Assembly: GCA_028534125.1 (NCBI GenBank)
Contig: CM052817.1
Span: 65,536,001-65,600,000, forward strand
Reading direction: 5' to 3'
Length of the DNA stretch: 64,000 nucleotides
DNA from: Lama glama
Taxonomy: Eukaryota
A program made the translations under genes and the position numbers. This document shows positions 51,430 to 64,000 of this stretch, in pieces. How positions within the stretch are numbered: position 1 is the stretch's first letter; each line of letters begins with the position of its first letter. The notes beneath the pieces are model-generated. The model ran no database searches. It saw nothing but the letters and a program-made list of their open reading frames with translations, and was not told where the DNA came from.

Positions 51430-53230
51430 TAATTTAGAGTTCTCTGAAGACTAGACATTAAATCAAGACCTGGAAGATGAGTGAGTCTTAGATACACAAA
51501 GAAAGAGAGTGTTGGGAAACTGTGTAAGTCTGGAAAGAGAAAAATCTCATTAAATTCAACGCAGAGGAAAATAGGTCATTGTGGCTAGAGAGAAGTGAGC
51601 AGGAGGGAGACAGTACAATAGGAGACCAGAAAGATGAGAAGAAAAGCATGAGCTGGAGGTATGAATTTAGTACATGTTATGTACACATGGTCATTTAAAG
51701 TAACTGCAATGGATAAAACTGAAAAGGAAGAAAGGGCCTACAGTAATTCTAACATTTAATTGTTAGGTGAAGGATAAGCAGTGTACAAAGACAAAAAGAT
51801 CTTCCAAAAGATAAGACAGAAACCTCTTGACAAAAAAAGAGTGTCTCAATAAGAGTGGAGAGACCCAAATTAACTATGCTTCAATTTTGAAAAATGATTA
51901 AAAAAAAAAAAAAGAGGGGAGAGCATTCCATTCACACCCTGGAATGCTGCTAAAAAGATTAAGTAAGATAAGGCCCTTAAATGACCCCAAGGATTTAGCA
52001 ATATCTCAATAGGTAATGTGGATGAAAGCCATATTAATGGTTTAATGGAATGGTTTAATACATGATCAGAAGATTGGGAACTATTGTGAGAAAATATAGG
52101 CTGCAATCATAGGAGAAATTTTTTGAGTTTAACTGGGAAGACTCATAGAAGGGAGAGGGAATTACTGGGAAGTGGAAACTCTTTTGGACTGGGCCAATTA
52201 TGATCAGGATATGGGAAATAGAAAATGTAGATTGCAAGTACATATGAGAGATTTTTCTGCTCCACTGGGAAGTAGAGTCAAAAGGGAAATTATTATTGGG
52301 AGGTGGGTATAGAGCCTAGGAAATATTTTTGAAGAGATTACTTCTACAGCAGGGTGACAAATAGGTTGGAACAGCCCAGGAGAGGGAATTCATGACAAGG
52401 TCACTGTTTTCATACATGCAAAAGATGGCTTGACTAGGGCAGATACGGACTGAACTAGATAAATTCATGAAATATTTTGAAAGCAAAATTTGCAAGGCTT
52501 GCCAATTATTTGTATAATCAGAGGGAAACAGAGGAGTCAAGGATGATTCCTAGATTTCTGGTCTGAATAATCAGATGAGTGATTGAGTTATTTACTAAAA
52601 AGAAGAACTAACTATAGGAGGAGCGGCTTCGTGAGCAGAGCAGGAATTGAAGTCCAGCATGTTGAACGTTAACTTTTGAGTATGGATAAAGTTTGAGGTG
52701 TCTGAAAAAGCACCAAATAAAAGTAGACTGTCTTCAGTTGGACTGGGGCTCAGAAGACAGGATTGGGTCAAAGATATAATTTTGTAGGAGGCAGCTCTGG
52801 ATTACGTGGTAGTTAAAGCCACGGAATAGATGGGATATCAAGGAAGCGTATGCAGAGGCAGGAGGGAAGACGATCTAGAATGCAACCCTGAGGCCCTCTT
52901 CCACTTAAAGGAATCACGGTAGACAGAGGAGAAGAAGGAAAGCAGTGAGCAGAAAGCCAGGAGGAAATCTAGAAGGGGTCCCTGTCCTGGAAGCCAAGGG
53001 CAGAAAATGACTAGAGAAGAAAATGATCAATTTGCAGCAAATGATTCTGAAGAGAAAAAGAAGGGTCGAAAAATGTTATCTGGATTTAGGGTCATAGAGG
53101 TCATTGATGGCTAAACTGGGAGCCAGCTGAATATAGGGTTGGGGGGTAGGGTTAGAGTGAAAACCAATGTCAGAGTTAATAGATGTAAAGAACAGACAGA
53201 GTGTATAGACTATTATTTCAAGAAGGTTTT
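51430..53230 (-). mobile_element. L2 fragments
   Basis: Purine-rich L2 signature, e.g. gaggagtcaaggatgattcctagatttctggtctgaataatcagatgag. Confidence 0.75.
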
Positions 53231-53272
53231 AAAGAATTGAAGAGGCAGGAGGAAATCTGAGGTGCTATAAGG

Positions 53273-53970
53273 CTGTATCCGCTGTAAATAGTTTGTGACT
53301 CATATTCCTTTGGCACTGCCCGCCTCTCAGATCCTTGGCCTCAGTGGAGGCCAAACAACTCTGTTGGAACAACACAGGTTCCTTGTCTGCGCCTGACCAG
53401 TCACTTGCCTAAGAGGCTCTCTCTCTCTCGGCTACCTTCTGCAGCCAAGCTGACCAGTTGCACCACAGGATTTTCTGGCTTCTCCTGTCACTTCTGAACT
53501 TGGATGAATCACAACCACAATCATACTAACAGATTCCAGTGTGGATTCTGGCATCCCAGAGTATCAGACCACGAAAAACTCTAAAGAGCAGAGAAATGCA
53601 CTCCTCAAAGGCCACGCACTGCCCAGTGGAAAACCAGAGCTAGAAGGGAGTTAAGCAAATCAACCCCTCATCCTTCTTCCTCTCCAGGGACTACCAGGGG
53701 CACATTTGCTTCCTGTAGCCTTCAGAGAAATTGCAACAGTCAAGCAGTCATGTCTGTTGAAGAACCTTCTGCACGCTTCAGAGCTAACAGGGAGGGGTAG
53801 CTGTTTGATAACACCTTGTTTGCTGTTGCTTTATGCCCTCTTGCCTCACTTTTTTTTTCCCTTTCATATGTGGCATTAGTGCTTCAATTTTGGTTACTGA
53901 ACAAAATGGCTAGGCTTCTTCGCTGAGAGTATAACTGAGCTCAGGGGGCCTCGTTTTAAAGATAGGGAGA
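53273..53970 (+). mobile_element. Probable ERVL LTR (LTR16-like)
   Basis: GC-richer block with gcccagtggaaaaccagagctagaagggagttaag; family uncertain. Confidence 0.4.
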
Positions 53971-54109
53971 CCCGAGCATGTCTATCTACCAAAGAGAAGA
54001 ATCTTGTTAGGAAGGAAACACTGAAGATGCAAGAGAAAGGGAGATTCATCACTGGGGTGTGGTGTTCGAGTACAGAGACACGAGGGGTCCCATAGTACAC
54101 ATGGAAAGT

Positions 54110-54350
54110 GAAACTGAGTTTTATTAAGCTCTAATTATGTGCCAGGCTCCCTTCTCAATGATAAAAATATACTGTTTTTCTCTTTTAGTTCTCACACAAT
54201 CTGTTAAAGTAATCTTCCCCATTGTCCTCATATTGCAGATGAAGAAACTGAGGTACAGAGAACTTTAAGGAATTTTCCCAAGTCATAGAGACTTTAAGTG
54301 GAGGGGACAAATTATATTTCAAGCATCTATTCCCAGAGCCAGTATTCACT
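54110..54350 (-). mobile_element. MIR SINE
   Basis: tatgtgccaggc...ttgcagatgaagaaactgaggtacagaga...cccaagtcatagag. Confidence 0.8.
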
Positions 54351-54619
54351 CAGTGGACTTTACTACTTACCTTTTATTAGGAGAAGATAATCTCCTCCAT
54401 TGTGATTAGAAGAAAGGAGGAGAGGTTCAACACAGTTGTGGATATGAAGGTGTTTGTGGCAGAAAGGTAAGGGAGTTCCCATCAGATTGCTCCGAATTTC
54501 CCAGTGGACTGCGCCATCAAGTAAGAGTGAGCAGGAAAGGGTATGTTGGGGATTTGATAACAATAAAATCAAATTAGAAATCATTTCATCTATAGCTTCG
54601 GCTATTGCAGTAACCTCCA

Positions 54620-55238
54620 ATCACTCTGCTGTACCTTCATCTCTCTCCAGTCTGTTCCCAGCATTAGCAGCAGAGTGAACCTGTTAAACTCAGTTCAGAT
54701 CCTGTCGCTCTGCTCCAACTCACCAATGACTTGTCTGGTTCAGATGAAGAACCGAGCAGTAATTAAGACCATGCGATCCATTCTATCCCTGCTGGTCTCC
54801 TGTCTGAGATCATCTCCTATTTCTCTCTCCCTTGTTCACTCAGCTCCTGCCTTCCCTGAAAACACAAGTTATGATCTCAGTGCACTTCGTCCTCCTCCTG
54901 GGATTCTCATTCTTCACACATCCAACAGGCTAGTTTCTTCACATCTTCCAGGATTTGCCCCAAACTTGCCTCTTAGAGAAGACTTTCCTGGCCACACTAA
55001 GATGTCAATGATCCCACCGACATCTCTTATCCCCATGCCTTCTTTACTGTTGTCCCCTTGGCACTTATAATTGCCTTTCATATTACATACTTCATTTTTT
55101 GGTCTTGTTTATTGTCTATCTTTCCTACTAGACTGTAAAAGTGAGAAAAGCAGAGCTTTTTATCTGCTTTTCTGCTCCTGTATCGCTAGTGGCTCCTGGC
55201 TCATAGATGCTCAATAAATATTTGTTGAGTGAATGAAT
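54620..55238 (+). mobile_element. L2 3' end (L2a-like)
   Basis: Ends tagatgctcaataaatatttgttgagtgaatgaat, the canonical L2 tail. Confidence 0.85.
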
Positions 55239-56004
55239 TGCTATAGAGAGTGAGAGAGTCAGGTGCTTATTAAAATGTACTAAGAGATCTAGTAATGCAG
55301 GACCCAAGTTGATGGTGGTGACCATGAGTATGTGATTTTCCTCTACAGCTGTAATTGCAAGGGGACAGGGGCAGGAAGGGGAGGGAGAGTGCTTTCCTTC
55401 CACCAGACATTGTGTCAGAGATGTCTTTTCTTTCTTGTTTTCTACCTTCGACAATATCATGGGTTTCTTTTTATGTCTCATGAAACTTTAGACAGACAAG
55501 GATGAAAGATGAGTCACTTTTAGAGGGCTTGTTAAAATTCAGATGGGAGTTGTTAATTGTTAGATGTGTGATAAATATTTTGAATACAGGAAATTGTGTT
55601 CTAATCCACGAGGTGAGCTTCAGTTCAGAACTTAAGTTGCACACGTGTTTGTTTGTTTTTTTTTTTTTTTTTGTCTAGGAACAACTTGTACTTGATGGCA
55701 GACCTGTGAATTTGCTGCTTTGATGCTCTACCCAGTCAGTGTTTAAGTTTGAAGGGTCACAGACCAGGCATGGAGTCCTGATATGTGAGTTAGTACATTC
55801 CCATCTAATTTTCCACTCCCAAGAAATGGAAAAGATTGAACCATTAAGTGATAAGAAGCTTCCTAATTGTGAGAAACAAGTCTTCTAATGCAGCATGAAG
55901 AGTTAGTCTCAGCTGTAATTGAGGTGAGCGTTTAAGGAGACATTGTAAAGAGAATTTTAAAAAGGCACCATGATCTTCAACTCAGTAGTGGCACTTACAC
56001 AGGA

Positions 56005-56190
56005 ATAGTGGTTTTTCAAATTTGGCACAGGAATCCTCTGAAGTGTTTGCTAAATGCAGACTCCTGCGTTCAACTCAGGATCTAATGTGTAAACATCTCT
56101 AAGGTTGGGTCCTAGAATCTTAATTTTGTGTAAGCACCACAGCTGATTCTATTGTAAATTGTCTATAAACCAAATACAAACATTGTAGTA
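56005..56190. mobile_element. MER5-like hAT element
   Basis: tagtggtttttcaaatttggc...aaatgcagactcctg...gctgattctattgta. Confidence 0.6.
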
Positions 56191-56974
56191 GAACAAAGCC
56201 CATAATAAAAAGAAGGCAAAATTAGCTTCTAAGTTACCGAGTTGGTAAAAGTTAGACACTAAAGCTCCAGTGTCCTCTAACAGGAGAAAGTTTTATATCC
56301 TCATTAAGAGTCATTTTACTTTTATTTTAAACGAATAATACCATTGCTTAATCATTTATTTTAATTTTTTATAATTGAATCAAAGAAGCAATTAGGAGAG
56401 GGAAAGACGCTTGCTAGAGACAGGCAAGCTGAAGTCTAATAATAAGAACTAACAGCTGAGAGTCCATTGGGGAAAGAGAAAAACAAAAACTATTTCCAAA
56501 AATGCACAAAAGTGCAGAAAGAATGGCAGTCTAGGACCTCTTTAGGTAGGAATAAACAGATTTCAATAGCTCCAGATTATCTCACTGCACTTCAGACTAT
56601 TAATGTCCCTGAGTTACTAATGAAAGAGTCAAATCATTTTTAGTATTCTCTGATTAAGACCTCGGGGAAGTGTAATGAGTCTTACGAAGAGTTAGATCAC
56701 AAAAATAATATTGGATGTAGATTAGAGTAAATTTCAGTTATTTGGAAAATTAACAGAAGTGGAAAAGTTTATCCCCAGATAAATGAGATACTTACATACT
56801 TTCCATGGGGATAGTGGTTAAATAACATCCTTATGTTGGACGTGGGACTAGCCTGGCACAGGAAGTGGTCTGGCGGATGGTGTCATAATTTGTATTTATG
56901 GTGCGAGAAACTGGAGAAGATTCCTGCTTGAGACTGCACAGGGCAGTGGGAGTTAGAGGAAAGCCACACCCGTG

Positions 56975-57140
56975 TGCATGAGAGCTTTGACACTCCAAGG
57001 CAGCCCCTGGACCGGCAGCTGCAACATCCCTGGGAGCTTGTTAGAAGTACAGACACTCAGATCCCACTCCAGACTGCCTGAGTTAGAATCTGCATTTTGA
57101 CAAAATTTCCTGGGCACATTAAAGTTTGAAAAGTGCTACA
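56975..57140. mobile_element. MER5A-like hAT element
   Basis: cctgggagcttgttagaagtacaga...agaatctgcattttgacaaaatttcc...cacattaaagtttgaaaagtgct. Confidence 0.75.
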
Positions 57141-57389
57141 TTAGCGAGAGCTGGGATTTCAGTGTCAAAGGATGTAGTCGATGTCGAAAATCTGAGAGTT
57201 CAGAATTCAGAATCACACAGCAACTGAGAGTTCAAAAGCAAGTTCAAATTATATAAAATTGCCAAGAATAACTCAGGGGCATCCACATACCCTTAAAGAG
57301 GGGCTGAGATGAGCAGGGTCATAGACAGGACAGATACCTTACACACATTTCTCTTTAAAAAACTCACAGATTTATCTCAAATATTCTTC

Positions 57390-58217
57390 AAAATGTTTTC
57401 ACTATAACATAAAAGAAAAATGATCAAGTCATGTGTCCAACTCAATGAGTTTTAAAGCTATTTTAATGACGTATTTATATGCAAAAAACTCCATAATAAC
57501 TTTTAACAAATGTATACACCCAGGCAATTACTGCTCTGATCAGGATATAGATCATATTCACCACCCCACATTAATGTCATCCCCCAAGGCAACTGCTGTT
57601 CTGATTTCTATCACCATGGACAGCTTTGCTTGTTCTTAATTCTACAGAACATATTGAGTATTATTATGTACTTTTTCGTATCTAGATCCTTTGCCTTCAC
57701 ATAGTACTTTTGAGAGTCACCTCATATTGTGGAACATCAATACTTTACTACTTTTTATTTATTCATCCTTGTATGAACACACCACATTTGTTTATCTATT
57801 CTCCTACTGATGGACATTTCGGTTGTCTCTGGTATTTTTGCTTTTATAAATAAATCATCTATAAAAGTTCTCATACAGGGTTTTTGTGGACAATGTTTTG
57901 CTTCTCTTAGGTGAATATCTAGGTGTGGAACTGTTATTCACTTTCTAAGAAACTACCAGTTTCCCAAAGTGATTGTATCATAATATGTCCTCACCAGCAA
58001 TATATGACAGCTCCCCTCTCTCCGTATCTTTGCCAGTGTTTAGTGTCGTGTTATCAGCCTTTTTAATTTGAGCCATATAAAATGGTTGTGGCGGTAAAAT
58101 AATGTCTTACTGTGGTTTCAATATGCATTTTCCTGTTGACAGATGATGAGCATCTCTTTTTGTGTGTGCTTATCCCTCATCTCTCCATCTTCTTTTGTGA
58201 AGGATCTCTTTGAAATC
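57390..58217 (-). mobile_element. Old LINE-1 (L1M) 3' part, interrupted by MaLR element
   Basis: Antisense L1 3' text (tttatctattctcctactgatggacatttcggttg...); continues after 61452. Confidence 0.8.
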
Positions 58218-58363
58218 TGTTGCAGATACAGTTTCCAAAATAACAATAATAAAAATAGCCACAATAATATGTCCCATTACATATGTTTCTTGTATAATGC
58301 ATTCTTGACATTCCTGCCATCAGATAGTGGGGTATGTGTCACTTCATCTTAAAAATAGGTGAA

Positions 58364-58685
58364 GCTTATGTATGAGCCTAGAGATTACCATATTAAGTGA
58401 AGTAAGTCAGTCAGAAAAAGACAAATATATGGAATCACTTATATGTGGAATCTAAAAAAATGGCATAACTGAACTTATTTACAAACCAGAAATAGACTCA
58501 CAGACATAGAAAAAACTATGGTTACCAAAGGGGAAAGGGATGGAGGAGGGACAGATTAAGAGTTTGAGATTAACAGATACACACTACTATATATAAAATA
58601 GATAAATAATAAAGACCTATTATATAGCACAGGAAACCATATTCAATATATTGTAATAACCTATAATGGAAAAGAATCTGAAAAA

Positions 58686-58727
<42 letters not shown>

Positions 58728-58814
58728 CTGAATCAATTTTCTGTCTACTTGAAACTAACATATTGTAAATCCACCATACTTCAATAAAAGTAAATTTTTT
58801 TTAAAAATCAACTA
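58364..58814 (+). mobile_element. 5'-truncated LINE-1 3'UTR (cetartiodactyl type) with 13-bp TSD and internal (TA)n
   Basis: TSD AAAAATAGGTGAA at 58351-58363 and 58815-58827, preceded by TT (TT/AAAA endonuclease site); body resembles 16990-17400; (TA)n at about 58689-58722. Confidence 0.9.
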
Positions 58815-59469
58815 AAAAATAGGTGAAATTTAGTGACTGTCTCGGCTGATAGAGTATGGTAGAAGTGTTGCTCTACAACTTCAGAGGCTAGGTTATAAAA
58901 TGCTATATACCTTACCTGGTTTTCTGGGGATGATCCCTCTTGAAACCCAGCCATCATGCAGTTTGAAAGCCTGCACCACCTTGTGGAGAGATCCGTGTGG
59001 ATAGGAAGAGACAGCCAAAACACTTGTATCATGTAAGTGTGTCAGTCCTCTAGCCCCATTTGAACTGCCTTAGCTGACACCAAGTGGAACAGAGACAAGC
59101 TGTCTCCACTGAGATTTACTCAGATTGCAGATTCATAAGCAAAAAAAATGAATGTTTTTGTTCTGAACCACTTAGCCGTAGAATGGTTTGCTATGCAGCA
59201 TTAGAATATATTTTGGTTGCTTCATAACAAAAACTAAAACACGTGACAATGGCTTTTGTGATTGAATGGTGAGAGAAAACCAAAGAATATTAGTAGAATC
59301 CTAAAGACCTTCGGCAGAAGCTTGAGAGAAGCTGTTAGTGAAAGTTTACAGTTATGTAAAGAAAATACTGGCACCAGAATGAAGGGGGAACCTTGTAATT
59401 CATTGGTGAGATATGTGGCCATACCGGCCTCTGAGGTAAAAAGGGAAATAGGAAATTTGCTAACTTAAT

Positions 59470-59672
59470 CAGGGATCTGCAAACTTTCTCAAAGGGCCAG
59501 AAAGTAAATATTTTAGGCCTTCTGGCCATACAATCTCTGTCACAACTACTGAACTATGCCATTATTGTGGGAAAACGAGCATAGAAAATACATAAATGTA
59601 TGTGCATGAACTTGTTACAGTAAAACTTTGTTTACAAGAATCGATACCACCTCACAGGGCGTAGTTTGCCTT
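59470..59672 (+). mobile_element. MER58A-like hAT-Charlie element
   Basis: cagggatctgcaaactttctcaaagggccagaaagtaaatattttaggc...gggcgtagtttgcc. Confidence 0.85.
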
Positions 59673-60574
59673 CATATAGCTAAAGAGATACCCAGGTAGG
59701 ATACTACAAGGTCTACCTTATGTATTCTTGTTTGTGATAAAGTGCAAGAGGAAAGAGGTAAGTTTAAGAATGACTTGTTAAATACAAAGGAGCCGGGACT
59801 TTCTGGATTTGAAAATGGAACTGTTCCTCATTCCCAGCCTCTCCAGATGGCAGAAGATTCTCAAAGTAAGACAACATTTCAAGCAAAAGATTTAATCTTG
59901 GGTCATTCTCTTAAGATCCATTGTTAAGATCTCAGGAAGATCTAAGGTGATGCTTCACAAAATCTTTTAAGTAGAAAAAAGGTATGAAGCCATGAGTAAC
60001 AGAGAATTGTTTTCAGGGAGCAATATTTCACCCTAATTAAGAAAGTGACAACACAGAGCCAGCTGGATCTCCAGATTGCTACTGACTGGTGACTGATGTG
60101 TGTCTCCCATTTTCCCTCCTTTTGAATGTGTCTGTAGCAGGTATTCAGTTATTCTTGGCTTCTTTCACTAATATATGTTGGATGGGGTTAGGGGACAGGA
60201 CAGATAACTTTTGTTTCTTTAGTTCACAGATCTTCATATTAAAATAAACCACATTTAGAAGTTGAAACAAATTCACCTTGTCTTTACCAGTATCTCATTT
60301 AGATGACAAAATCCTGGACTTCAAAATTGAGCCTGATGAGGTAATGGGTGAGATATGGATCTTAAAGTTCTTTTTTTAGGAGCTGAGTATATTTCAGTTG
60401 TAAAAGGAATGCTAGTAATTTGTGGCTAGAGGGTCAGCTGGGGCAGTTTTAAAACATGATCCCCAAATTCATTGACACTTCTTCCATTAATTGATAGATT
60501 CTATAGCTTCTTCCATTGGATCTAGGCTCTGTGAATGTTGGACCAATATAGTACGACAGAAGAAACACTGTGAC

Positions 60575-61047
60575 ATTTGGGAAAGAGTCTCATGCATATA
60601 GTCTTTCAACCCCTACTTAATCACCTAAGAATGGGCCTCAGGACCGACACTTCCTCACCAAACACCTCCTTGCTCATAGCCTGTGCTGGACTTTTCAACT
60701 TGTGTGAAAGTATCTTCCCCTGTTTCAGACTCAATGCGTGCCCCTTTGTTCTGCTTAAACATGTCACACAGCACCTGGCCAATCCCACTGCAATATCTGT
60801 CACTTGTAGGAAGGTTATGGGATCCTGCTGCTGCAGCACAAGAAGGATGTGTGCAGGCTAACTGCAAGGAGGAGCTCACAGGCTATGAGAGACAGACCCA
60901 CACTGCTCAAGCAAGTTCTGTCTCTTCTCTATATGAGTACTTGAGTGTGTTGTGTTTGCCTTGGAAACTCCAATACCAAGATGTGGTGGGCAGAAGTGTT
61001 CAAAGTTCTGCTCCTGATAATAGGCAACAGATGCCACTTGCTCCACA
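60575..61047 (+). mobile_element. Solo LTR (probably ERVL class) inserted in MLT1 LTR2
   Basis: Interrupts MLT1 text acactgtg|ccagttcc; flanked by imperfect 5-bp repeat gtgac/gtgcc; ends in CA. Confidence 0.55.
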
Positions 61048-61452
61048 GTGCCAGTTCCTGAGCCTAGACCTTAATAACCTGAAGCTTCCATTTTCCCTCG
61101 GGATGCTTGCTCTTGGAACCCAACTGCTCTGTCAACAGGAAGCCAAGCAGCCACATGGACAGGACATGTGCAGTGTTATGCACAATAGTCCTTGATGAGG
61201 TACCAATCTCCATCCAAAAACAACTTCCACATATGTAAATCAGTAAGCCTTCAGATGATTCATTCCAACCTCCAGGCATTGAGTTACCCTTAGTCTTCAT
61301 GCCATTTGAGCTGTGGCCATATAAAGCAGATATATGCTATCCCCTCTGAGCCTTGCTCAAATTACAGATTTGTAAGCAAAATAAATGATAGTCTTTGCCT
61401 TAAGTCATTAAGTTTGGGGTAGCTCATTACTCAGTGTTACACGACTGAAACA

Positions 61453-64000
61453 AAGTATTCTGCTCATTTTTTAACTGAATTGCTTGCTGTTTTACAAATT
61501 GGTTTATAGGAGTCTTTTATATATTCAGGATACAAGACTACGTCAGATATATGAACTAAAAATATCTTTTCCCAGTCTATGACTTCCCTTTTCCTTCTCT
61601 TAATGCTAAGTTTGGCCAAGCAGAAGGTTTTAATTTTGATGTAGTAGAATTTATTATTTTTATCTTTTATGAGTAATGCTTTCTTTGTTGTCTTGAAAGA
61701 AACTGTGCCTACTCCAGGTTTTATGGGTTTTTTTTCATTCAAGAAGCTTAATAGTTTTAACTTTTACATTTAAGTCTATGATCCAACTGAATTGCACTTG
61801 CACATACATGTGTTATATGAACAAGTGTTTAAATTTGTGTTTCTATTTATTAGCCAGTTGTTTCAGCACACTTTGCTAAAAAGATTTTTTCTATCCCAAT
61901 TGAATTACCTTGGTATCTTTGTTAAAAAAACCAAATAACTCTCTGTTCCACTGGTCACTTTATTTTTATGCTAGCATGATTGAAGTGACCCTATAGAAAG
62001 TCTTGAAGCCAGATAGTGCAGTTCTTCCAATTTGGTTCATAGTAAAAATTCTTTTAGTTATCCAAGATCCTTTGCATCTCCATAAATTCAAATTCGACTG
62101 TTAAATTTCTACAAGAATCTATTCGGATGTTGATTGGGATTAAGTTGCCTCTATAGATCAATGGAGAGAATTGATATCTTAACAACAATTTTTTAATCCC
62201 TGACCATGGTTTATCTCTCCATTTTTTTCTCATAAATGTTTTACAGTTTTCAATATGCAGTGGTTTAACATCTTTCATTAAATTTAATCCTAAGTAGTTT
62301 ACATTTTTTATGTTACTGTAAATGGATTTAAAAAATTTCCTTTACAATTTAGTGCTTCTTGCATTAAAAAACACAATTGATTTTTGTATATTGACTTTCT
62401 AGCCTGTGACTTTGTTAAAAATATTTTTGAGTTCTATGAGCCTGTTTTTGAATCTTTTTTAAGATTTTTTATACAACCAGTTTTGGTATCTATTAAAGAG
62501 AGTGTTAACTCTTTCTTTTAAATCTTATGGCTATTATTTCTTTATCTTATCTTATTGCATTGCTTTAGGGCCTCTGACACAAGTGTTGCATAGAAATGAT
62601 GAGAGGAGATATTTTTCTCCTCTTTCAATCTTCATGAGACAACATTAAATTTTTTTACTATTAAATATGATATAGGTATTTTTTGTAGATGCTCTGTATC
62701 AAATAGAGGAATTCCCTTTGATTCCAAGTTTGATGAATATGTTTTAAATCATGTCCAACACTTTTGCTGCATTTATTTAGATTTTTTTTCCTTTATTCTC
62801 TTTAATTTGGTGAATTACACTGACTGATTTTTTATTTGCATTCCTGAATGCTGAATTATTATTTTTGTTGCTATTAAGGATTTTTGTGATGATGTTCATG
62901 AGGTACAATGGACTCTAGTTTTACTCGAGTTTTGTCAAGTTTTGGTAATAGAGCTAAGCATGCCTCATAAAACAAGTTTGGACATGTTCTCTTCTCCTGT
63001 ATTTTCCAAAAGAGTTTTGATAACATTGGTTTTATTTCTTCATTAAACACTTGGTAGAAAACATCGATGAAACCATCTACATCTGAATTTTTTTATAGTA
63101 ACTTTTTCTGTAACAAGTTTAATCTCACTAACAGATATATCAAGCTGTTTATGTTTTTTATTTTTCCTTTCATCTGTCTTGAAAAGTTTCATTTTTTTTA
63201 GGAATTTGTTTATTCCATCTAGATTGTCAAATGCATTGACCTAAGTTATTCACAATATTTCTTTATTATCTGTTTAACGTCTGTAGGACCTATGAGGATA
63301 ACCTCTCTTTCATCAGTAATTTACATGGGTAATTTGTGTTTTCCCTTTTTTCCCCTCTTCTCAATCAATCCTGCTACTGTTTTTTTCCATTTTTTTGACC
63401 TTCTCAAAGAACCAATTTTCATCTTTGTGACTTTTCTACTATCCGTCTTTCTTACATTAATTTCTTCTCTTATTATTTTCTTTCTTCTTCTTAGTTTTGT
63501 TTACTTTTTATTTTCTCACTTCTTAACATGTACACTTATAACACTGATTTTAAGCTTTCCTTATTTTCTAGAGCCACACCCTACATATTTTGATATATTG
63601 TATTTTATTATCATTCATTTAACAACACTTTGTAATTTTCTGTGATTTATTATTTGACCCTGAGTTACTGAGAAATGTGTTATTTAAATTCAAAATACTT
63701 GAGGGAATATTTAAATATTTTATATTATTAAATTTTAATAATAATATTACTGAATTTCAGTTTAATTTTGCTGTGTTCAGAGAACATCTTCTTAATGAGT
63801 TAATTATTTTGAAATGTATTAATATTTATTTTATGGCCCAGCATATGATTTAACTTTGTGAACATTTTATGGCCACTTAAAAATGACATGTGCTCCATGG
63901 TTTCGGAGTGAAGTGTTGTTCTATAAATGTCAATTAGTTCAAGATTAGTTGATAAAGTTATCAAATCTATATTTTTCTGATTTTTTTCTTGACCTATCAA
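61453..64000 (-). mobile_element. Old LINE-1 (L1M) ORF2 remnant
   Basis: ORFs 61464-61742 (YIKIKTFC...DWEKIF) and 63800-64000 (LIDIYRT...FTKLNHMLGHK) are decayed L1 ORF2. Confidence 0.9.

Larger units (their letters stand above)
58218..61452 (+). mobile_element. MaLR (MLT1G/H-like) LTR-internal-LTR structure with nested insertions
   Basis: LTR1 about 58218-59210 (starts TG), internal region ending tgtggctagagggtcagc, LTR2 60439-61452 (AATAAA, ends gaaaCA). Confidence 0.75.

Noticed and set aside
60577..61300. Cluster of overlapping ORFs including a 170-aa frame
   Set aside because: Lies within LTR sequence; no gag, pol or env motifs.
1..64000. Prokaryotic-style systems (CRISPR arrays, operons, defence islands), tRNA or rRNA genes
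   Set aside because: The sequence is mammalian intron/intergenic DNA; no repeat-spacer arrays, dense coding regions or structural RNA genes were seen.

Overview
AT-rich mammalian genomic DNA (not prokaryotic), probably from a non-ruminant, non-pig cetartiodactyl such as a camelid; the species call is inference from repeat content. The window holds the 5' half of the endomucin gene (EMCN) on the minus strand: coding exon 1 (41011-41080, signal peptide MKRLQVTILCLLLSSLCNSENKT), a 33-kb intron 1, exon 2 (7873-8004) and exon 3 (1600-1683), both Ser/Thr/Pro-rich mucin exons, plus about 23 kb of upstream sequence. The rest is intronic/intergenic DNA dense in L1, L2, MIR, MaLR/ERVL LTR and DNA-transposon remnants; almost all ORFs in the supplied track are spurious or TE-derived. 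Two observations stand out. (1) The expected exon 3 splice donor reads ATGAGT rather than GTGAGT, with an in-frame stop two codons later and candidate sense-strand poly(A) signals downstream. (2) A 235-bp sequence I do not recognise as a TE, rich in ETS/SOX motifs, occurs as near-identical direct copies on both sides of the EMCN promoter (35722-35956 and 47760-47995). No novel multi-gene system is evident. Gene and repeat identities come from recall and manual translation, not database searches, and old-repeat boundaries are approximate.
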